This document shows, piece by piece, positions 46,477 through 57,829 of a DNA stretch of 64,000 nucleotides. The notes beneath the pieces were generated by a model. That model made no database searches. It was given only the letters and a program-made list of their open reading frames with translations, and had not been told where the DNA came from. Source of the DNA: Octopus sinensis (lineage: Eukaryota); contig NC_043020.1 in the NCBI RefSeq assembly GCF_006345805.1, positions 7,068,001 to 7,132,000 of the forward strand, in the 5' to 3' direction. Within the stretch, counting starts at the first letter, position 1. Each line of letters starts with the position of its first letter. A program made the position numbers and the translations under genes.

Positions 46477-46548
46477 CGATATGTCTGTCTAGCCTAAACT
46501 GGACGTTAAATGATGTGTGAATGTATGTATGAGAGAGAGAGAGAGTGT

Positions 46549-46615
<67 letters not shown>

Positions 46616-46627
46616 GTGTGTGTGCAT

Positions 46628-47400
46628 GCGCAGCCATGGTTGTGTGGTAAGAAGCTTGCTTCCTAAGTACATGGTTCCAGGTTCAGTCCCACTGCATGGC
46701 ACCTTGGGCAAATGTCTTCAACTATAGCCTCAGACCAACCAAAGCCTCGAGTGTATTTTGTGGGTGGAAACTGAAAGAAGCCCATTGTGTGCGTGTGTGT
46801 GTGTGTGCCCACCACAATCGCTTGACAATCAATGTTGGTGTGTTTATGTCCCCGTAACTTAGCAGTTCAGCAAATGAAACTGATAGAATAAGTACTAGGC
46901 TTACAAAGAATAAGTCCTGGGATCGATTTATTTGACTGAAAACCCCTTAAGGTGGTGCTCCAGCATGGTAGCAGTCAAATGACTAGAATAATACACAAAA
47001 GCAGACATATATTAGCATACACAAGTAGCTTGCTAACCAACCACATAGTTCCGGGTTCAGTCCCACTGTGTGGCATCTTGGGCAAGTGTCTTCTACTATA
47101 GCCCCGGGCCGACCAATGCCTTGTGAGTGGATTTGGTAGACGGAAACTGAAAGAAGCCCGTCGTATATATGTATATATATATATATATGTGTATGTGTGT
47201 GTTTGTCCCCCTAGCATTGCTTGACAACCGATGCTGGTGTGTTTACATCCCTGTCACTTAGCGGTTTGGCAAAAAGAGACCGATAGAATAAGTACTGGGC
47301 TTACAAAGAATAAGTCCCGGGGTCGATTTGCTCGACTAAAGGCGGTGCTCCAGCATGGCCGCAGTCAAATGACTGAAACAAGTAAAAGAATAAAAGAAAA
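46628..47400 (+). mobile_element. Two tandem SINE family A copies
   Basis: 46628-46990 and 47022-47400, both in + orientation. Confidence 0.85.
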
Positions 47401-48769
47401 AGAAAGAAATACATGCAGACAGACACACAGACAAAAGGACACACAGACAAAGACAGACAGACAGACACCACATGCACAGCAATTTAAGACCAATTATAAC
47501 ACTCCCCAATCAGACTCATTCACACATATACACACACACACACTAATGAGAGGAAAGTAGGGTTGGGGTGGGGGGACAAGGGAAAGAAGCAGTTTGGGGG
47601 TCAGGTGGGGGAGGAAGGGGTGTGCTTAACCTCCATTAATTCTGTTTCTATTTAGGATAGATTAGAAAACCATAAATCTCAGGAAGGAGAATTTTATGGG
47701 GAGTCAGCAGAGTGACTCACACCCCCCCCCCACCCCAACCCTTCTCACCCACCTCTTCTGACACCACCATCACCACCATCCTTGGTGAAGGGGATTAGAG
47801 ACAGCTGATCCCTAATACTGCATGTGCTGGAAGGAGCAAGATTTTGCTATGGATGGGGTGTGATGTGCATGGGGTGGGGTTAAAATTTTTGGTAAAATTC
47901 CTTAATTTCTGCCACATAGTTGTGGTTACAGGGAGTAGGGGTAGGACTGGAAATAAATACCCAATATTAGTCATTTAAATTTTCTTGTCAGTTGACCCCT
48001 TTTGGACTTGTTTTTCTCTATACTTCTAAGAACTGAAATGGGTGAAGAGTGGAGAAAGGACTTTGACAATTTTCATTTCAGTACACACATACAACACACA
48101 CACAACCTCCCATATATCCACATACCTACATCCACTCAACACCCACACATACATACACACACAACCCCCTACCACCACCACCACACACACCCAAAACATC
48201 TATACACCTACATCCACCCACCCACACATGTCTATACTACTACATCCATTCACCCACACAAACTCACATATACCTAAATCCACACAAGACACACAGACAA
48301 TATATACACCCATACACCTACATTCATCCACCCTCTAATACACCCCCATCTATCTCCTCCACACACACATATCCAACCACCCAACCCCACCCACACAACA
48401 CTCCCAACATCCTCTCCAAATAACACATCAAATCCTGAAGATGAGACAGAGGAAGTCAAGAAATGATGATGGATTAAGAAATTATATTGTTCCAAATAAA
48501 CTGCAGGGGTTAGCTACAAAAATGTGTATGCGGTGGTGTTTGTGTGTAAGTGGGTGTGTTTCTTTTAGTTGCCCCCCACTTTGGATGAACAACAATTTCT
48601 TTTTTATGTACAGGGGTGGCTAAGGGGTTAAGAAGTTCACTTTGCAACTATGTGGTTTCAAGTTTACGACACACTGTACTGCACCTTGGTCAAGTTTCTT
48701 CTACACCTCTGGGACTGACCGATGCCTCGTGAATGGATTTGGTAGATTGAAACTCTGTGAGTGTGTGTT

Positions 48770-48894
48770 GAAGAGTCCTATCATGTTGTAAGCACCGATT
48801 CTAAGACCTCAGCACAACACTAGAGTTAAGCAGTGTCTATCTTCTGCAATAGTCAGATGGTTGGTCACTTAGGAAGCCTTAAGGTACTGTAAGC
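48770..48894 (+). pseudogene. Degenerate 5S rRNA-like sequence
   Basis: Collinear blocks ATCATGTTGTAAGCACCGATTCT, GAGTTAAGCAG, GATGGTTGGTCACTTAGGAA and AGGTACTGTAAGC resemble invertebrate 5S rRNA; heavily diverged. Confidence 0.45.
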
Positions 48895-50224
48895 ATTCTA
48901 TGTGAAAAAGCTACCTCAATATGGTCTCCTCAAGATCATATTGAGTACCACTGGATTGAAGCTATTAACACACACACACACACACACACAGCTGCATGTG
49001 TGTGTGTTTGTGTATGCATACACACACACACAAAATTCCAACCAAGTCAGATTTTCCTGTTTTATTATTTACAATTTTTACATCATAATAGAATATTATA
49101 TATTTAATGATATAAAACTAGTACTTTCATGTGTTACACAATCATCAGGTTTAAGTAATAATAATAGTGACTGCCATGTTCCACAATTGACAACTGTAGT
49201 GAAATGATTAAATGTCCTTTAATTACCTTCCAATGGGCTCCAGTAGGTTGTATATTATGAACTGTATTTTGACCAATCAGTATGTGGCTTTGAATGTCAA
49301 GGTTTGGTGAGTGCACCAACTATATATCATCATCATTTAATGTCTGCTTTCCATCCTGGCATGGATTGGACAGTTTGACTGAGGGCTGGCAAGCCGGAAG
49401 GCTGCACCAGGCTCCAATCTGATCTGGCAAAGTTTCTACAGCTGGATGCCCTTCCTAATGCCAACCATGCTATATGTGTGTGTGTGTGTATTTCTATGTT
49501 TATGCTTGTTCCCTACAACTGACAACCTGTGTTGGTGTGTTTATGTCCTCATAACTTAGCAGTTCAGCAAAAGAGACTAACTGAATATTTACCAGGCTTT
49601 AAAAAAAAAAAAAGCACTAGAGTCAATTCATTTCACTAAAATTCTGCAAAACGGTGCTACAGCATGGCCATAGTCTAATGACTCAAACAAGTAACAGCTA
49701 AAAGATAACCAGGAGTGCATGCCTCTTCTGCAAAGGCACGCTTCATTATTGCCCCAAATTAAGAAATCTTCATGTAAATGACATTTGATTCCTTTCAAGA
49801 GATAAATGGTAACGGTAAACTAAGAACCGACTCTGAGGGATTGAAACATTCAAGTGGGGGCATGATGTAATGGGAGAGCATGGAAAGGGGCTGGTGAAGG
49901 GGATTTACCCGGAGGGATCGACGAAACACAGGTTTAAACAAGGTTTTGGTAATTTAGGGTGTAATGTGAACGGATGTATAAATACACCTGAAGGGTCCCA
50001 GGGAGCCCCGTGTAATACAAGCAAAGGTGTTGGTTACAACACTGAAATTTTATCGACACCAGACATTGTTGTCATCATCAACATCATCATTATCGCATTA
50101 GCAATCATCAGTTTTATCATTATCCTTATTGTCAACACCGTCATTGTCAACACCAGCCATAGAAAATCTGCCTCAAATAAATTCTGTCCAACCCATGCAA
50201 GCATGGAAAAACTGGACCCTAAAA

Positions 50225-50460
50225 ACGATGGTGATGATAAACCTTTCCACTAAAGGCACAAGGCCTGAAATTTTGGGAGAGGGGTTAGTTGATTATATCA
50301 ACCCCCAGTATGTAACTGGTACTTATTTCATCGACCCCGTAAGGATGAAAGGCAAAGTCCACCCCAGCAGAATTTGAACTCTCAGAGAACGTAGCAATGG
50401 GTGAAATATTGCTAAGCATTTTGTCCAGCATGCTAACAGTTCTGTCAGCTCACCACCTTA
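50225..50460 (-). mobile_element. SINE family B
   Basis: Reverse complement of the B consensus. Confidence 0.8.
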
Positions 50461-50475
50461 AGAATGTAACATCAA

Positions 50476-50548
50476 AGCTCCCAGTGAGAACTGAACTCAC
50501 AACCCCTGGTTTACAAGACCAGTGCTCTAACCTCTGGGTTAGACGCTG
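50476..50548 (-). pseudogene. tRNA-Thr(TGT) pseudogene
   Basis: Perfect anticodon arm CTGGT-CTTGTAA-ACCAG and T arm GTGAG-TTCAGTT-CTCAC; the D stem and acceptor stem no longer pair. Confidence 0.75.
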
Positions 50549-51007
50549 GGCATGTCAAAGGGGGCATTAGGCTTCAGGGAGCAGTGAGATAACGTAATTA
50601 ATAGAACAAATTTTACACATAGTAGTAATTACATTATACATGATAAAACTAGTAATGGTTATTAAAATAAAACGAGATCTCATCAGGCCCAGGGAAGTCA
50701 TTAACCTTTTAGCATTTAAATCCAGCCATATCCAGACAAAATATTCTTGTTTTTATTCAAACTGACCCAATCCAGTCTCTTACACCTATCATACAATGTC
50801 GTACTAAAAAGAAATAATCCCATAATGGAAATCTGAAAGCTACAAGATTATGTATGTTTAATTCAAAACAATGTGAAGAATTAAGCATTACTTTGGACAG
50901 AATAATCTGAATAATAATAATCTTTCATCAGTTCTGTATTTAAGGGATGAGGAATTCTGTACATTATTTACATTTGACGGATATTTGTCCACATCTTGTT
51001 TGTTGTT

Positions 51008-51055
51008 AACACAATGTTTCGGCTGAGATACCCTCCAGCCTTCATCAGGTGGCTT
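51008..51055 (-). ncRNA. Minimal type-I hammerhead motif (family 1), triplet decayed GTT to ATT
   Basis: GCCAC CTGATGA A GGCTG-GAGGGTATCT-CAGCC GAAAC ATT GTGTT. Confidence 0.6.
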
Positions 51056-51381
51056 GGGGAAATTTCAAATCTGAGTTCTCATTCCTAAGGTATTTTTCGA
51101 TGTTGCTGTTATTATTATTATTAAAGTCACTGCCTGGAATCGAACTCAGAATCTTGGGGTTAGTAGCCCACGCTCTTAACCACTGAGTCTCTACATCTAC
51201 ACAGAAAAGTTAGATGGTTTGAAAGACGAGCTAGTTTTTGATGGAGTTTGTCTATATGTCTCCATTGAAGTCTAATGTCAGCTCCGTACCCATTAGATAA
51301 TACAGCTCTATATTTAAGAGATGAAGAATTCTGTACTTTATTTACATTTGACGGATATTTGTCCTCATCTTGTTTGTTGTT

Positions 51382-51429
51382 AACACAACGTTTTGGCTGA
51401 TATACCCTCCAGCCTTCATCAGATGTCTT
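51382..51429 (-). ncRNA. Minimal type-I hammerhead motif (family 1), GAAA decayed to AAAA
   Basis: GACAT CTGATGA A GGCTG-GAGGGTATAT-CAGCC AAAAC GTT GTGTT. Confidence 0.6.
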
Positions 51430-51574
51430 GGGGAAATTTCGAACCTGGGTTCTCATTCCTAAGGTATTTTTCGATGTTATTAAATAATGTAATCTTTCAT
51501 CATCTGACACAAGATCACCTCCCCCAATACTCCGTTCCCTTCTCAAAGGTTTTTTTGGGGGTTTTTTTGTCTTA

Positions 51575-51868
51575 CAAGGTACTTGGTGAACCTGTCAGTG
51601 CAGGAGCCATTTAAAAAGCATCCAGTCCGGAAGGACAACCAGCTGTAAAAACCTCGCCAAAAACTGACCTCAACTGTGCTTGTGCCACATAAAAAGCCGT
51701 AAGTCCACTCTGGCGAGTGGCTGGTGTTTAGGAAGGGCATCCAGCTGTAATCCTGCCAAAACAGTCACAGAAGTCTGGTGAGGGCACCTGCCTGGTCAGC
51801 TCCTGTCAAACCATCCACCCACGCCAGCATGGAAGACAGATGTTAAATGATGAGGATGATGATGATGA
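51575..51868 (+). mobile_element. SINE family C
   Basis: GGAAGGGCATCCAGCTG..CCAGCATGGAAGACAGATGTTAAATGATG tail. Confidence 0.75.
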
Positions 51869-51985
51869 CTAAAAGGTTAAGTTCCAATGTCTAAAAGTAA
51901 ATTTATAACTTTTACCTTCACTAATTTTATCGTTTCACTGTTAAAAGCTTAGACAATCCATTTTTAGAGTGAAATTTATAAAATA

Positions 51986-52373
51986 CTAGCGGTATCGCCC
52001 GGTGTTGCTTGGGTTTGTTTCGACCCTTTAGAATTGGAATTTTTGAAAAGTAAAAATTTTGCATTGTGTAGCTCTTTAAGTGAACATTTTTCTGGTTGAA
52101 ATACACCGAAAAATGGCGACACAGCAGTCAAAAAATTGTAAAAAAATAGGGATTTTCATAGAAAAAGAGCACCTTTTTGATGTAAATAATTTTTGGTCTT
52201 AACACGGTCCGATTTGGATCTTTTCTTCTACAGAAGGAAGAGCAAGCCTTCTTCTATCATACTCTCAATTTTGGTCAACTTGTGCCGTAGGGTCTCGGAG
52301 GAGTTAGTGTTAGTTGAAAGCTACCAAACCTGCCACACGCAGACAGACAACTTCAGCTTTATATATAGAGAGA
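51986..52373 (-). mobile_element. Non-autonomous Helitron
   Basis: Minus strand A|TCTCTCTATATATAAAGC..CCCAAGCAACACCGGGCGATACCGCTAG|T: 5' TC, 3' CTAG, subterminal GC-rich stem and AT target. Confidence 0.8.
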
Positions 52374-52506
52374 TTAACCACGTTAAGTTAGTTTAGTTGT
52401 AATACCTCACTCACCACTTAGGTGGGCACAAGGCATAACAACTACTTAAAGTCGGGGGGGGGCTACCATAAAAAAGGTTAAGAACCAATGGACACATGTA
52501 TGCATG

Positions 52507-52548
<42 letters not shown>

Positions 52549-53099
52549 CCTGGCCAAACTAGCCGGACATTTAACAAGTGGTTTTAGTGGCATGTGGTAC
52601 TAAGATCAAATGGTCAGCAATGTCTAGCACACAAGCAGAACTGAGGAAATGAACAAGAATTAATATTAGTAGTGACCTCACGGGCCAGTGACAAAGTGTG
52701 GATGTAATCACTTGACCTTAATATAAGCAGGCAAAAGCTTCATCAACAGACGCGCCCCACCACCACTCTTAAAAAGACTGTTGTCTTGACCAGACCACAG
52801 GTTCATTAAGCTGGTGCCTATTACTGTCTGTGAAGTGTTAAGAGACAGAGTACGAGACTTTACCCCTGGATAGGATGCTAGTCCACTGCAAAGTTAAATC
52901 CCATCTCACTCCCACCACTTGTTACTGGTATCCATTTTCAACTGGTTACACTGGAGCAACATGGAACGAAATACACGTGTGTGTGTGTGTGGGTACCTGT
53001 GTTTGTCAAGCCCCATCGCTTGAGGAATGGTGTCAGTGTGTTTACAATCCCCATGACTTAGTGGTTCAGCAAAAGGGAATGACAGAATAAGTACAAGGT

Positions 53100-53645
53100 T
53101 TAAAAAACAAGACTTCGCCTTTCAGGTGCCGGTACCACTTAAAAAGCACCCAAGCAAGTGCCACGTGGACATGCCCGTGTAGACGCGCCTGCATCCATGC
53201 TCCGCAAATGCACCTATGTTGGTGCTGCGTAAATGCACCTGTGTCTGCTGCGTAAATGCACCAATGCTGTTGCTGCATAAATGCACCTATGCCTGTGCTG
53301 CATAAGTGCACCCATGCTGGTGCTGCATAAATGCACATATGTCTGTGCTGCATGGATGCACCTGTCTGTGCCGCATAAATGCACTTGTCTGTGCCGCATA
53401 AATGCACTTGTCTGTGCTGCATAAATACACCCATGCTGGTGTTGCATAAACGCGCCCATGACAATGTCACATAAAAAGCACCCAGCACACACTTAAGTGG
53501 TTGGCATGAGGAAGGGCATCCTGTTTTGGAAACCATGCCACAACAGACAATTGGGGTCTGGACAAACTCCCCAGCTGGCCAGCTCCATGTCAAACTGTCC
53601 AACCCATGCCAGCAAGGAAAGCAGACATTAAACAATGATGATGGT
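53100..53645 (+). mobile_element. SINE family C with an internal 23-25-bp tandem array (53205-53455)
   Basis: GCTGCATAAATGCAC.. units, about 11 copies, between the family C head and tail. Confidence 0.75.
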
Positions 53646-54195
53646 CAATTTATTCAAATATAGTTCTTCAGAGCGGTACCCTAGCACGGCCACCACCTAA
53701 TAACTAAGACAAACAAAGGTAAAGATTAACCTATGACCCTACCCTAACTTAAAGGGTTACTATATTAACTGCAGTTCAGCCAACACCTGGTGAACTTGGT
53801 AAGGGTCTGCAAAGCTAAGCAATGTCCTGGGTCACCTTCTGAAGGCTTTTACAAGGACTGCACAATATCCTTGATGCGTGATACAGCATCATAGATTTTT
53901 ATGTGGGTACGAGAACAACACAACACCTGTAGACATAACCTGTCCTTAAGGAATGAGACAATACCCTAAACCTTATCAGCTTCCTTAGAAGAAATAGAAT
54001 CTTTCCCCTTTAGCCTTTCTGGCAGGGGGGGAAGAAGGTGCTTGTATGTTTTACAATAACAACAAAGCACTTCTTTGTCAGTTTGCCCTCCCAGTGCTGT
54101 TGGTCCATTGACCTTCTCCATTTTGCTATTCATAACGAGACAGGGGTGGGGGGAATTTTAGAGTTAACTAACAAGGTAGAAATAACTGAAACAAC

Positions 54196-54233
<38 letters not shown>

Positions 54234-54669
54234 CATTTAATATAAATATATTTTTACACACATAGACACACATATATATAGACATACACATACACCCACA
54301 AAATTTACGCACACACATACATACACACACAAACACAAATACTTACACACACACTCACAAATACTTACAAACACACACACAAATACTTACACACACACAC
54401 ACACACACAAATACTTACACAGACTCACAAATACACACACACACAAATACTTACACACACACACACATATATATAGAGAGAGAGATACACTTACAAATAT
54501 TTACACATGCACACACATATCCACACACACACACACACACACACACATCTAGTTGTTATCAAAGCAAATTGGCTGCAATCCAATGAGCTGAACAGTATCA
54601 AGAACAATGAGTAAATTAAACAGGTCATAATTGAAGGTTATCATTAATATCGCCATCATCATTATCATT

Positions 54670-55585
54670 AGTGAAGGTGGCAAGCTGGCATAATCATTAG
54701 CACACTGGGTAAATTGCTTTGTGGAATTCTGTCTGTGCATTCTGAGGTCAAATTCCATCGGGGTCAATAAAATAAATACCAGTCATGTACTGGGATCAAT
54801 GAAATCAATTAAGCCTTTGTCTAAAATTTCAGTTCTTAAGCATATAATAGAGAAGATTCTGCCGTTCATTTTTTTGGAGTCAAGAAGATAGGTACCAGTT
54901 GAGCACTAGAGTTGGTGTAATCAACTCATCCCTTTGCCCCCTAAATTGCTGGCCTTGTGCAAAAATTTGAAACCATTATTATCATTATTATTATTATCAT
55001 CATCATTATCATCATCTCTGCTTTAGCGAAGGTGGAGGTATTGTTTTCAGTTGCGTTTGTTTGTCCATGGACAAGATATCTCAAGAACTGCTGGGTGGAT
55101 TCGGATGAAATGGAACTTTCAGGGATGTTTGGCCTCATGACTGGCATGAACTGGTTAGATTTTGGAATTGATCCAGTACCGGACAAGGATTCTGGATTAT
55201 TTTTTTCTTTTTTACTTAATTTTTGAGAGCAGTCAGGTTCATTTTTAGTAATCTTGTTTGTGAGAGCAGTCGAGTTTATTTCAGATATTCTCATTTTAAA
55301 AATAATCTCTGGCTAATCATTGAGAGAACATTTGGCAGAGGTTTGTACTGAGTGTTCTTTTTCCTTCTTCTAATTATTATTATTATTAAGGCGGCAAGCA
55401 CACCAGGCAAAATGCTTAATGGCATTTCATTCATCCTCATGTTTTGAGTTCAAACTTTGCCACGGTCAGCTTTGCCTTTCATCCTTACGGGGTCGATGAA
55501 TTAAGTACCAGTGAAACACTGGGGTTGATGTGATCAACTAGTCTCCTCCCTCAAAATTTCAGGCCTTGTGCCTTTAGTGGAAAGG

Positions 55586-55590
<5 letters not shown>
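54670..55590 (+). mobile_element. Cluster of SINE family B copies separated by (ATT)n
   Basis: Copies near 54670-54850, 54860-54975 and 55388-55590. Confidence 0.7.
55013..55352 (+). mobile_element. Helentron/HINE-like element, copy 2
   Basis: Homologous to 7842-8208. Confidence 0.65.
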
Positions 55591-55636
<46 letters not shown>

Positions 55637-56450
55637 GAGTGAGAGGAAAGTGCATGCCATCAATGTGACACTAGGGTAAAATATATGAAGCCCAGTATAC
55701 TCATCATGACTACCCATCTAACGAGGCACATACATCACAACCATATGTGCTCAATACTGTGATCTCATATCAAGATAAACAGCGCATGCCCTTGCAGGTG
55801 GGACCCAGTTAGAATTTTCTTCAGGCCGAGTAGCCCATCTTGCTCAAAAGATCCCTTAATAAGAGTTGTTTAAGGATATTGAACAAAATACCCATTTTTC
55901 CAAAGGTGAATTATTCAAACCCCAAAGAATTCCTCTCAACACATGACCACGATGCCCCTTGCACTGTTTTTGTTTGTGATCAGAGATGCACATATCGTCA
56001 GCCACTAAGGGACATGCTCAACTGGTTAAGGTCAAACAACTGACATGCAAACCTGTGGTATTGAGCAAAATATTTGCTGTAGCCCATCTTTTATACCAAG
56101 ACAAAACAATGTAAATGATAAGACTCCCAATCAGTTAATATCAAAAGCCGTAAGAACCACTACCCAGTACTGCAATCAGGGCATTTATTATAATTATTAT
56201 TATTATTATTTAGGGTAGGGGTGAAAGAGCAGTGCATGCCATCAAAGTGACACCGGAGTACAAATATATGAAGCCCATATACCCATCATGACTACCCGTC
56301 TGATAAGGGTATACTAGGCACATGCATCACAACTGTATGCGCACAACACGGTGATCTCATATCAAGATGAACAGTGCATGAGCTTGCAGGTGGGGCCCCA
56401 GTTAGAATTTTCTTCAGATCAAGTAGCCCCATCCTGCTCAAACGGTCCTT
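55637..56450. mobile_element. (ATT)n-bounded element of about 550 bp: full copy (55637-56184) and partial copy (56222-56450)
   Basis: Homologous to 44657-45125; every junction lies in (ATT)n. Confidence 0.8.
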
Positions 56451-56451
56451 G

Positions 56452-56488
<37 letters not shown>

Positions 56489-56495
56489 CACTTGT

Positions 56496-56700
56496 CGAAG
56501 CGTCTCCTCTATTGGGAGTTTTATAAATTGTTGAACTTCTTTGTTGTTGTAAAGCTTGTTTACACGGACTTTTTTCCTTCGAAAAACGGACAAAACCTTT
56601 TGTAACCTTTCGTCCTGTTTTGTCCCTTTATGTTTTCCAATCATGTTTGTCAGCCCTTGTGGCCAATAAAAGAATTAATTATTATTATTATTATTATTAT
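56496..56700 (+). mobile_element. Putative LINE 3' UTR with a (TTA)n tail
   Basis: ..GTCAGCCCTTGTGGCCAATAAAAGAAT(TAT)n, resembling the long tail of SINE B. Confidence 0.45.
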
Positions 56701-57258
56701 TGGGGAAAGCGAAATCGAATTGAACCAGCCAGGATCCCTGGTCTGGTGGTACGTAAAAAGCACTATCCGACTCGTGGCCGATGCCAGCGCCGCCTCGACT
56801 GGCTTCCGTGCCGGTGGCACATAAAATACACCAATCCGACCGTACGACAGGCACCCATGCCAACTCCCCTTTGCTTGCGAAGACATGTTGGGGCAAGCGA
56901 AAGCGAAATCGAATTGAACCAGCCAGGACCCCTGGTCTGGTGGTACGTGAAAAGCACTATCCGACTCGTGGCCGATGCCAGCGCCGCCTCGACTGGCTTC
57001 CGTGCCGGTGGCACATAAAATACACCAATCCGACCGTGGACGTTGCCAGCCTCGCCTGGCACCTGTGCAGGTGGCACGTAAAAAGCACCCACTACACTCA
57101 TGGAGTGGTTGGCGTTAGGAAGGGCATCCAGCTGTAGAAACATTGCCAGATAAGACTGGAGCCTGGTGCAGCCTTCTGGCTTCCCAGATCCCCGGTCGAA
57201 CCATCCAACCCATGCTAGCATGGAGAACAGACGTTAAACGATGATGATGATGATGATG
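56701..57258 (+). mobile_element. SINE family C with a 194-bp tandem duplication
   Basis: AAGCGAAATCGAATTGAACCAGCCAGGA at 56707 and 56901; (GAT)n tail. Confidence 0.85.
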
Positions 57259-57829
57259 ATTCCACTTGTGGAACAGTTTTTCATGGCACTCACATGAGGC
57301 TAGTCTTACTCCCAGCACACAACACTCACATGAAGTTAAGACTCAGTCCAGCACTCACAGAAAAACTGGTCTCACTCCAACACTCACACTCGCAACAGAA
57401 AGTGAGTCTCACTCCAACACCCCACCACCTGAAGAAGCCAGTCTCCACTCCAAGACACCCCCACCCCCAAAACCCACCCCTCCATTTGATACAATATACA
57501 CCAGACTACATCAAGCAACCAGTAAAAAAAAAATTAAAAAAAAAACAAAAATAAAATAAAATAAAATACCTGATTCTGTGAGTAAAGTCTATCAGCTGGC
57601 TCTTGTTACCTTGGTAACAGGCACCATGCTAGATAATGTGATGAGAGAAAGGGAGTAGGGAATAGACTGCAGGGGGGGGGGGTAGAAGGTGTGGGGTGGG
57701 GGGGCGGACAGGAGATACCCAAACAAGACTTACAGTCAGCTGCTAACAGCTGATTGGTCAAAAGTATATAGCCAACCACCAACACCCCACCACACACACA
57801 CATGTAGTCACCACCAGAGATAGCCACCA

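Larger units (their letters stand above)
50925..51480 (-). mobile_element. Penelope-derived composite: terminal repeat + ORF start + tRNA-like head + terminal repeat (374-bp period)
   Basis: Direct repeats of about 180 bp offset by 374 bp. Between them lie YRAVLSNGYGADIRLQWRHIDKLHQKLARLSNHLTFLCRCRD (Penelope ORF N-terminus-like) and AGTGGTTAAGAGC..GAGTTCGATTCC (A and B boxes). Confidence 0.75.
50705..51876. mobile_element. TTAA MITE split by about 960 bp of nested insertions
   Basis: TTAA|CCTTTTAGC..GAATAATCTGAAT (to about 50912); the remaining terminus CTAAAAGG|TTAA lies at 51869-51880. Confidence 0.6.

Noticed and set aside
53760-54130. Non-repetitive segment, possibly a decayed LINE or RNase H piece
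   Set aside because: All frames are interrupted and the motif resemblance is too weak to call.
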